Part shown: one piece after another, positions 9,166-18,200 of the stretch
Layout: each line of letters begins with the position of its first letter
How positions within the stretch are numbered: position 1 is the first letter of the stretch
Virus record (IMG/VR): IMGVR_UViG_3300025894_000010
Location: 1-63,476 of that record
Length of the DNA stretch: 63,476 nt
Source: a virus
Lineage: Duplodnaviria; Caudoviricetes
Direction: 5' to 3' (one strand)
Made by a program: the position numbers and the translations under genes
Notes under the pieces: generated by a model
What the model was told of the DNA's origin: nothing
Seen by the model: the letters and a program-made list of their open reading frames with translations, nothing else
Database searches by the model: none

Positions 9166-10621
9166 TACCGTAGACGATATTTCAGGAAGAGAGAAATATC
9201 TTGATGAGGGTCAAGAAGCAACACAAGGAGTGCCTACTGATGGCATGGTTGATCCTACAGGCGAATATCCTAAGCGAGACTACTTCTTCGGCACTAGTAT
9301 TAACAAAGCGGCTGTTGGTGCAAAGATCAACAATCTGGCTCTAGGTGGCAGTGTGTATGGGGTTGATCTACAATTACCGGATCAGAAATCCTCAGAGTAC
9401 CCGTTCAATCAAGTTCAAGAAACTGAGTCTGGTCATGTTATTGAAATAGATGACACTCCTGGCGGTGAGAGAATTCTGATCAAACACAGAACAGGCGCTG
9501 GCATGGAACTTCGTGCTGACGGTAGTGTTTTGATTTCATCACAACGACAGACTGTACAGGTTACAGGCGGTGATGCAACTGTCATTGTAGAAGGCGAAGG
9601 CAATCTTATTTACAAGGGTGATGTTAACTTTAAAGTGGCTGGTGATTTCAATCTAGATGTTGAGGGTAACTATAATCTCAACATTGCGGGTGACAAGATA
9701 GAGAAGGTCAAGGGCAGACACACCAAGACTGTTGATCGTGATCAAAACTACACCGTTCGTGGATCAAGAAGTGCAAACGTGATAGGCAAAAACACAGAAG
9801 TAATTCTTGATGACCACAATACGATTGTGTCCGGCAATGCTAACTATCGCAGTGTGGGCTCAACAGAACTGACAGCAGGTCAGAATCTTGTGACTACGGC
9901 AGTATCAGAATGGACTGCCGCCGCAAGCACAGCCAACATTTCTGCTAGACATGTTTCATTAATCGGACACAAAGGAACCATTGGTGGTTCTTTGATTGAC
10001 TATTACGGCAAGTCATACGGTGGACTTCCTGGCGGTGTAACAAACATTGCGACATTCTATGGCGCTTTGGTAGGAAGAGCAACAGAAGCATTCCATGCTG
10101 ATTATGCAATGAAAGCATCTCAGGCGGGCTACGCCATAGGTGCGGGTGCCGCACTTACAGCAGTCACAGCCAAAGACGCAAAGCCAGGTCCAAAACCCAC
10201 GATAGTACCACCTAAGCCCGGCATCATGCCCTATCCAGTTTTGCCTCCCACTGCACCATTACCAAATCCAGGTATCGTTGAACTGATGCTGGCAACAAGT
10301 GCATATGGTGTGAGAAATGTGGCAGTAGATCCTAAACTCAAAGATAAGATACTCAAGTCAGATGACTATGATGATCTGTTTAACTTTGATCCTACGATAG
10401 CAGAGATCCGAAGTAAACTCCGATCACCCGCAAATATGAAGAACGGAAAGTTGACTGGCATCTTAGTGAGTGAGGGGCTGTTAAGTGAGAACTACAATAA
10501 GACCATACCTAAGAACATAGGACGATCTGCAAACAAAGAAGGTACTATACGATTTGGTGTTGAATTATTAGGCAACAATCCTGCTGACAATAGAAGCAAG
10601 CGTTTCAAGGTGAATAAATGA
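9158..10621 (+). CDS. gp5: gp5 C-terminal part (spike beta-helix)
   Basis: SEYPFNQVQETESGHVIEIDDTPGGERI..HRTG followed by VxGD/VxGN 8-residue repeats. ATG at 9158 preferred to TTG at 9146. Confidence 0.85.
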   Translation: MTNTVDDISGREKYLDEGQEATQGVPTDGMVDPTGEYPKRDYFFGTSINKAAVGAKINNLALGGSVYGVDLQLPDQKSSEYPFNQVQETESGHVIEIDDTPGGERILIKHRTGAGMELRADGSVLISSQRQTVQVTGGDATVIVEGEGNLIYKGDVNFKVAGDFNLDVEGNYNLNIAGDKIEKVKGRHTKTVDRDQNYTVRGSRSANVIGKNTEVILDDHNTIVSGNANYRSVGSTELTAGQNLVTTAVSEWTAAASTANISARHVSLIGHKGTIGGSLIDYYGKSYGGLPGGVTNIATFYGALVGRATEAFHADYAMKASQAGYAIGAGAALTAVTAKDAKPGPKPTIVPPKPGIMPYPVLPPTAPLPNPGIVELMLATSAYGVRNVAVDPKLKDKILKSDDYDDLFNFDPTIAEIRSKLRSPANMKNGKLTGILVSEGLLSENYNKTIPKNIGRSANKEGTIRFGVELLGNNPADNRSKRFKVNK

Positions 10622-11376
10622 ATATATTAGTTGATGCACAATATGATCCTACCGGTCAGATTATTACATCTGCCACTCAGTTAGGTCCTGGTATTACAAT
10701 GGCTAAGTTTCTGGGTGCACCAGGATCACGTACACAGTTAAAGAAGTTATATAACGATTCATTTAATGGACCACCTGACTTTCAGCAACTAGCAAGAAAT
10801 CTGGTGCTTCATGCCAAAATCATCCAGTCTATCTCGGGCATGAAACAGTTTGAGCAACACCGACTGGTAGTCAGTGAAGGTATATACGAACCTAATCCTA
10901 AGTTTGAGGTTCAAGAGATTCAAGCAGGTAACAAAGACACTGCAAAAAATATGGCGAGTGCAACGCCCGGTGCATCATACAAAGAAAAGAAGAAAGGAAT
11001 TGACGGACGAAATCAGAACGATGTGATTGGATGGGTTGTCAACAAGCCAAACTATATTGGTGAACGACCATCGGGTATTCTAGATCTAAGACGAAAAGGT
11101 CAAGCAGTCGTTTATCAGTTGATTGATCGTTCTGGACAAACAGATCCCGAGAAGACGTTTGATCTGGCAGTCTACTGGAAAGATTATATTGACTATGATA
11201 AACTGACACTGGACTATGACACGTTTGATCCAAAAGGTTCTCTTACGTGCCAGATTGTTATTGAAACACCTGAGGTGCCTGATACGTATGAAGTATCTTA
11301 CAAATATGGTTTGGAGACAACATATAACGGCGAAGTACAAACAAGAAACGAACTTTTAGAAATTCTTCCTGAATAA
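10618..11376 (+). CDS. Hypothetical baseplate-associated protein, possibly a degenerate peptidase M15-like fold
   Basis: LVVSEGIY, GQAVVYQL and YDKLTLDY echo M15A motifs (SSGYR, G.AVD, FDQLILE) but the His/Asp ligands are absent. Confidence 0.4.
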   Translation: MNILVDAQYDPTGQIITSATQLGPGITMAKFLGAPGSRTQLKKLYNDSFNGPPDFQQLARNLVLHAKIIQSISGMKQFEQHRLVVSEGIYEPNPKFEVQEIQAGNKDTAKNMASATPGASYKEKKKGIDGRNQNDVIGWVVNKPNYIGERPSGILDLRRKGQAVVYQLIDRSGQTDPEKTFDLAVYWKDYIDYDKLTLDYDTFDPKGSLTCQIVIETPEVPDTYEVSYKYGLETTYNGEVQTRNELLEILPE

Positions 11377-11379
11377 TCA

Positions 11380-11387
11380 TATAAATA
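11380..11387 (+). promoter_or_regulatory. Late promoter TATAAATA
   Basis: Exact consensus upstream of gp25. Confidence 0.75.
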
Positions 11388-11410
11388 AAAGCATTAATTA
11401 GGGTATAATA

Positions 11411-11989
11411 ATGGCAAATTCAAACGAAGACGGAAACTTATCGAAGAGTCCTCGCGTAACCAAGGAGATACCTTGGTCTGACTTTGATTTGAGTTTCTTT
11501 GCTCGTACGGCTACAGATGGTGATGTCTTTAAAAAGACAGACGCCGCGAGTGTAAAGCAGTCACTCAAATCTTTGCTCCTTACGAACAGATTTGAAAAGC
11601 CATATCGTCCTGCCTTTGGTGGTAATTTATCTGGCTTGTTGTTTGAGATGGCAGATGAGAACACAGGCGAAGAGATTGCGACACGAATCAAATCAGCGGT
11701 TGCTCGATATGAGCCACGTGTAAAAATAATCAATCTCAAGGTAACAGCAAGACCAGATCGTTATACCGTTAATGTTATAATAGAATTCAGAATAGTTAAT
11801 ACTGGTATTGTTGACGTATTGAAGTTGGTGTTAGGTGCGAGCGAAGATTGTGCACCAGAATTTAATCCAGCACCCGCTAAGTTACCGCCACCTAACGATA
11901 GAATTCTCACAGAAGATCTGCGAGGTCTTGTCACAGAAGGCGGTGGTACGATACAGTTTGACGATGCAGTACCTGGAATTTACCCATAG
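11411..11989 (+). CDS. gp25: Baseplate wedge subunit
   Basis: WSDFDLSF, SVKQSLKSLLLTNRFEKPYRPAFG, LLFE, YEPRV. Confidence 0.9.
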   Translation: MANSNEDGNLSKSPRVTKEIPWSDFDLSFFARTATDGDVFKKTDAASVKQSLKSLLLTNRFEKPYRPAFGGNLSGLLFEMADENTGEEIATRIKSAVARYEPRVKIINLKVTARPDRYTVNVIIEFRIVNTGIVDVLKLVLGASEDCAPEFNPAPAKLPPPNDRILTEDLRGLVTEGGGTIQFDDAVPGIYP

Positions 11990-11998
11990 GAGATATAG

Positions 11999-13804
11999 AT
12001 GGCTACCACAATAAAATCTACTGAGTTAGATTTTAATACAATTAAAAACAATCTTAAAACGTTTTTGGCACAGAGCGATGAGTTTGCTGATTACAATTTT
12101 GAGGCAAGCGGGTTGTCTAGTCTTCTTGATGTAATGGCATATAACACACATTATAATTCTCTTCTTGCCAACTTTGCACTGAACGAATCGTTTTTGCCTA
12201 CAGCACAATTAAGATCGTCACTTGTAAGTCTTGCTGGTGGATTAGGCTACACGGTAGGATCTAAAAATGCGTCATGTGCTTCTATTAATTTGTATGTTGT
12301 GAACCCATTATTTCCATCGTCAATGACATTGCCCGCTGGTTTTAAATTGACCACATCTGTTAATAACAAGTCATACACGTTTAAAACTCGCCAAACACTG
12401 ACCGCAACCAACAATGGTGCTAACCAATACTTCTTTCAGTTAGGTGAGAATAGAAACGTTGCGATTCACGAAGGCACACAGAAGCGAAATATCTTTATTG
12501 CAGGTCCTGCAAAAGAAAACGAAAGTTACGTATTACCGACACAGAACTTAGATCTGAATACTGTCCAGGTAAGAGTTTATACAGATGTTTCTACAACATT
12601 CTATGATGTGTATAACAACCTCAATGACACCGTAAACATTGACAAGAACTCTAAGATATTTGTCATCAAAGAAACACCGAATGGTGACTATGAGTTGACG
12701 TTTGGTAATGGTGCTAAGTTAGGTCAGTTCCCAGACGCAGGTAACAAGATAGAAGTCATATACGATCAAGTAGCAGGCGCAGAAGCCAACGGCGCAAGAA
12801 CCTTTCAAGCCGTTGATGCTGTTTTTGATGGGAATGGTGAGTCGCTGCCTGTTGTTATTACTACAGTCAAGAGTGCGACTGCTGGATCAGAGAAAGAAGA
12901 AATTGCCTCTATTCGGAAAAACGCACCTTATTTGTATGCCGCTCAAAACAGAATGGTAACTGCTAAAGATTATGCCTCACTAATTCTAAGATCATATGGC
13001 AATGTTATCACCGATATTAAATCGTGGGGTGGCGAAGATAACGTACCTGCCAACTATGGTTCAGTCTATGTGTCTATTGTATTTAATACCCAAGACACTA
13101 CTATTCAAGATGCAACAAAGACTGGCGTCATAGATCTGGCAAAGAATCTGTCGGTCGCATCGTTTGATGTTAATTTTACAGATCCTCTTACGACATTCTT
13201 GCAAGTCAACAGTGTGTTCCAGTGGAATCCTACACTGACAAGTTCATCACAGACAGCGATTGAAACGCTTGTTACACAGACTGTGGAGAATTACTTCAAT
13301 GATCAATTAGGTGGATTTGATAAGTCGTTTAGACGATCTAATCTTCTCACGTTAATTGATGATGCTGATCCATCTATTCTTTCATCACGAGCAGAGATCA
13401 CAATGCAGTACAGATTTATACCGACGGTGGGTCAAAGCACGTATAGTCTGATATATCCTGCATCAATCGCCGCACCTGATGATACCAATTACATCGTCCG
13501 AAGTGATATATTCACTATTGATTCAAGAAATTGTTTCTTAAGGAATAGATTGAACTCAAATGTCATTGAGGTCATTGATGCATCTCAAGGTACGACATTC
13601 ATTGATAACATTGGTGAGTATGATGAAACGACAGGTGTGATTTCATTGAGTGGTTGGTCTGGTACACTTGCGACTGCAACACCTTACTTAAAGATAACAG
13701 CAAGGCCTGCTAACCAAGCAACGATCAATGCACAAAGGAACAACGTTCTGGCTTTTGATACATCTGCTTCAAATGCTTCATCCGTTATCACAGATACCGT
13801 ATAA
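11999..13804 (+). CDS. gp6: Baseplate wedge subunit
   Basis: LDFNTIKNNLK, DYNFEASGLS.LLD..AYNTHY, NESFL.TAQLRSS, QNRMVTAKDY, WGGEDN.P..YG.VY. Confidence 0.93.
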   Translation: MATTIKSTELDFNTIKNNLKTFLAQSDEFADYNFEASGLSSLLDVMAYNTHYNSLLANFALNESFLPTAQLRSSLVSLAGGLGYTVGSKNASCASINLYVVNPLFPSSMTLPAGFKLTTSVNNKSYTFKTRQTLTATNNGANQYFFQLGENRNVAIHEGTQKRNIFIAGPAKENESYVLPTQNLDLNTVQVRVYTDVSTTFYDVYNNLNDTVNIDKNSKIFVIKETPNGDYELTFGNGAKLGQFPDAGNKIEVIYDQVAGAEANGARTFQAVDAVFDGNGESLPVVITTVKSATAGSEKEEIASIRKNAPYLYAAQNRMVTAKDYASLILRSYGNVITDIKSWGGEDNVPANYGSVYVSIVFNTQDTTIQDATKTGVIDLAKNLSVASFDVNFTDPLTTFLQVNSVFQWNPTLTSSSQTAIETLVTQTVENYFNDQLGGFDKSFRRSNLLTLIDDADPSILSSRAEITMQYRFIPTVGQSTYSLIYPASIAAPDDTNYIVRSDIFTIDSRNCFLRNRLNSNVIEVIDASQGTTFIDNIGEYDETTGVISLSGWSGTLATATPYLKITARPANQATINAQRNNVLAFDTSASNASSVITDTV

Positions 13805-13807
13805 ATA
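13800..13807 (+). promoter_or_regulatory. Late promoter TATAAATA
   Basis: Overlaps the gp6 stop, upstream of gp8. Confidence 0.75.
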
Positions 13808-13830
13808 GATAGGTTGAAAAGAGAAAAAAT

Positions 13831-15249
13831 ATGACATCTATTACAACCAACAGTTTTAGTGAGAACACATTTAGGCTTTTAAAGAAGGATCTAGACAGTG
13901 CGTCCACGCCTTATCATCTCGCATATTCAAGAGTTGATCCTCTGACTGAAGGTGAAGACATCAAGTCTGATTCTTTTCAAGAGGGTGTGAGACACACAAT
14001 GTTAGCAGTAAAGACTGTCGGTGGTAGTTCTTATGTGGTACCATCTAACTCTTGGAACTCAGGAACCATATATCCAAGTTATGACAATGATTTAGATATA
14101 GGTTTTTATGTTGTCAACAGTGCAAACGAAGTGTTTGTCTGTGTTGAAACAGGCAAGTTTACAGACGGTACTCAGGTGCCTTCTATTGTTGAACCATCAT
14201 CAATCTTGGCAGATGCATTCAAAGTAGGTGTCTCAAAAGGAAAGACGTTTAGAACCACCGATCAATACAAGTGGCGCTTTCTGTATCCTTTAGGCAATAG
14301 TGCCGTAGCAACTTTTAAAACAAACGATTGGTTGCCTGTTAAGACAATCACTGACACATCGGTGTTTCTACCTATACCACAAGAAAGTATTCAACGAAAT
14401 CTTCAAGACTCGTCGGTAGGTGGTGAAATCATTAACATTCAGATTGATAGTGGTGGTTATGGTTTCTCTAACACCAGCAATAATATTGCCTTGACTGTTG
14501 AGGGTAATGGCACAGGTGCTTCTTTTACTGCCGAAGTTGATGCAAACAAGATTGTGAGAATTCGTGTTGACTCTGATGCCGCGGGCACATTCTCTCATGG
14601 TAGTGGATATGATTATGCGTCAATCAAAGTAACAGGTGGAGATGGTGTGGGCGCAGTGTTGCGACCTATCATTGCACCGTATGGTGGTTTGAATGCAAAT
14701 CCATCACGCACACTCAAGACAAAGCACTTTATGCTTCAGACAGATGTTGCGGGTGATGAGTTTGATACCATTCTCGCAGAGAACGATTTCAATCAGGTGT
14801 CTATTGTCAAAGGATTTAAAACGGCGGCTGATCCAACGGTTGACTTTACACAGAACACCGCAAATGGCGCAAAGTATTTTTCTGGCATCAGTGCAAGCGG
14901 AACATTTTCCGAAGACGCTACCATTACCAATAGTGGTGAAACCGCTAAAGCAAAGGTCGTTTTTCATGATACGGTCAACAACCGACTGTATTATTATCAA
15001 GATACTACCACAGGATTTGGTGAATGGACGGTTGATCCAACACCAGCAAATAATTCGGTAGTACAAACGATACCATCGTCAGTGGAAGCAACATATGTTG
15101 CTAAAGTAGAACCTACATTCAATCCATATACGGGTGAAATACTGTACATAAATAATGTAAACTCACTTGGTCTGGGTACTGTTACCGAAGGTATTACGAG
15201 AGCAGACACACAAACCGAAGACATAAGAATAGTTATTCAGTTAGGATAA
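13831..15249 (+). CDS. gp8: Baseplate wedge subunit
   Basis: VVP...W.SGT.Y..YD, FYVVNS...VFVC, D.YKWRFLY, W.PV, GEILYINN, R...QTEDIRIVIQL. Confidence 0.85.
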   Translation: MTSITTNSFSENTFRLLKKDLDSASTPYHLAYSRVDPLTEGEDIKSDSFQEGVRHTMLAVKTVGGSSYVVPSNSWNSGTIYPSYDNDLDIGFYVVNSANEVFVCVETGKFTDGTQVPSIVEPSSILADAFKVGVSKGKTFRTTDQYKWRFLYPLGNSAVATFKTNDWLPVKTITDTSVFLPIPQESIQRNLQDSSVGGEIINIQIDSGGYGFSNTSNNIALTVEGNGTGASFTAEVDANKIVRIRVDSDAAGTFSHGSGYDYASIKVTGGDGVGAVLRPIIAPYGGLNANPSRTLKTKHFMLQTDVAGDEFDTILAENDFNQVSIVKGFKTAADPTVDFTQNTANGAKYFSGISASGTFSEDATITNSGETAKAKVVFHDTVNNRLYYYQDTTTGFGEWTVDPTPANNSVVQTIPSSVEATYVAKVEPTFNPYTGEILYINNVNSLGLGTVTEGITRADTQTEDIRIVIQLG

Positions 15250-15252
15250 AAA

Positions 15253-18200
15253 ATGGCAAGCACATTTAGTAGTACAACATTATCTGGAACGTACAACGAC
15301 GATTGGACAGAAGATGACAATTATCACCAGATACTATTTAACTCTGGAAGGGCACTTCAAGCAAGAGAGTTAACACAACTTCAAACTATGATCTACCAAG
15401 AGATGGGTAGATTTGGACGAAATGTGTTCAAAGAAGGCGTGGCTGTTTCTGCGGGTAACATGGACTGTATAACGGACACTGATTTTGTGAAAGTCACAAT
15501 GACCAGTGGAACCTTTACCGATATTCCTGTTGGATCTGTTATTCAACAAAACCCAGAGAATATCCGAGCAAGAGTAATAGCAGTCAAAGCGACAGGTTCA
15601 GGCACTGTGTCTGCACCCATCACTGATAATACATTGTATATTCAGTACATAGATGGCGCATCCCAGCCTTTGAGTAGCGAGCCTGTACGATTTAGTTCAG
15701 GTGTAGGTAAATCGCTAAGTGTTGTTGGACGTTCTGAAACAATGACCGCTACAGCACTTACTCCTACAGGTTTTAGTACACGGTTTGAAGTAGACGCAGG
15801 CGAGTTTTTTGTTCTCGGGCGATTTGTATATTCAGAACCTCAATCACTCATATTATCTCCTTACACTGCTACGTTTGAGGGTGATATTGGATTTAAAGTC
15901 ATTCAAGAAGTGGTCACTGTAAATGACAGTCCGGCACTCTATGACAATGCTGGCGATACTCCTAACACCGCGAGCCCGGGCGCTGACCGATACAGAATTA
16001 CGCTTCAGTTAACTAACAAGGCTGACCTCGCTGCCGATGACACGTTTGTCTTTCTTGCACGAGTTGAAAATGGCACAATTGTAGAAGAAGTTCAAGAGTC
16101 GGACTCTTACAATAAGATTGCAGATGCTATGGCACTGCGAACAGAAGAAGAGTCTGGTGATTACATTGTTAATCCTTTCACATTAGACTTTGATGAGATA
16201 GACGGTGACACAGAGAACTTGGCTGTCACTATCGGTGCGGGTACTGCTTATGTAAGTGGATATCGTGTTGACAATCCATCACCTATTGAGTTAATTATAC
16301 CACGATCTCAAGCGTTTGAAAGTGTTCCGGGTGAGCCTGTGTCTGTGATCTACGGTAACTATGTTCTTCTTGACAGTGCCCGTGATTTGCCAGAACTGGA
16401 TCTTGGTACTGTTCACAACATGTACTCAGACACAAACGCAACAGAACTTCTTGGTACTACACGAGTTCGTGCGATTGATGCCGCGAGCGATAACATTAAA
16501 CTCTACTTGTTTGACTTTACGTTTAACACCGCATTATCGCTGGGCGATAGTGATCTAGGTAAACTCCGATCAATCAAAGATCCTGCCGCTACTGGTAAGT
16601 ATGCGATACGAAACGAAACAGGCACTGATGCGTTTTTGAATGGCGCAACAGACAACGACTTGTTAATGCCTACAGCCAGACCACGATTAAAAGCCACGTC
16701 AACTGCCGCTGCCGATGGCGGATTCTTATCTACTGCACAGTATAGTCAAACGTTCACTGTCTCTACAGGATCGTTTTCATTGACGCAGTTGGGTAACGGC
16801 TCAGGTCCTCGCAGATACTCAGACAAAGAATTCTGGTTGATCGCCAAGACTGATGGTACTGAAGCGGCATTTACACCAACAGTAACCGAAGCAATGCCTA
16901 GTTATGATGCGACAATCACGGGGCTCTCTAACGTAGAATATAGATTGATCTATTACATTCAAGACACTGAGACTGCCAAGAAGACGAAGACGTTTACGAC
17001 ATCTACTGCCGCTACGTATGCAGTAACTAACGGTGTTGTTGATCTTGGTGTTCCTGATGTTCAACAAGTATCCCTGATTACCAAAGGCACAGTTGCCGGT
17101 GGTATTGATGTAAGCGACCGATTTGTTCTAGATGATGGTCAGCGAGACAACTATTATGATTACAGTCGCCTGATATTAAAAGAAGGTGAGACAGACCCCG
17201 GTGATGTATGGGTTCAGTATACGTACTGGGCACACAGTGGTGTGGGTGGTTTCTATTCTCCAGAATCATATGCTGGTGCTACATATGCAGATATACCCGA
17301 GCATACAACAGCAGACGGTACTGTTATTGATCTGAGAAACTACTTAGACTTAAGGCCAGACAAATCATCTTCGGGTGTTTTTACAAACATCATGGCATTA
17401 CCTCGCAGTGGCACTGCATTTTTAGGTAAAATTGATTACTGGTTACCACGTGCTGACAAGTTGATCGCTACAAAGAGTGGCGAAATCCAAATGCTTTTGG
17501 GTCAACAGTCGCGTGATCCACAATTAAAGCCTACTCCTGAAAACTCTATGGAGTTATATCAGGTTCTCATGAATGCAAATACGGCAGACGCAGACGATCT
17601 TCAGACTCGTGCGATTGAACACAAGCATTACACTATGGCAGATATTGGCAAACTAGAGAATAAGATAGATGATCTTAGAACATATACAGAGTTCAATATT
17701 GCTGAACTCCGTGCGTTCCATACTCCTAGTTTAGATAGTGCGGGCGAAGAACGAGCAGATGCGGGTCTTTCTATAGATCTAGGCGATGATCAGACTGGCT
17801 CTGATACAGAGAACGATGACTATGCCGCATCAATTGATCCTGAAAATCAATTGATTAGACCCAAGGCTAATGAAGACAACATTCGTTTGATTTGTGAGCC
17901 TAACTATGGTACTGTCAATCCCACAATTCCTGGTACTGATCCTGGTATTCTGAAGAAAGGTGACAATGTTTATCTTTCATATGATTCAGATGAGTGGAAG
18001 TTTCAGTCACTCGCTTCACGATCAGTCAATCCAAATCCGTTTGGAAGAGTAGACAATGTAGGCGTCATCAAATTATCTCCTTCATCTGATGAATGGAAAG
18101 ACTCAAAAGAAGATGCTATCAAAGCATTAAGAGGCGCTGGTAAATTAGATGTGAAGCAAGCCTTCTTGTGGAACAACTGGCAGTGGAACTGGAAAGGTCG

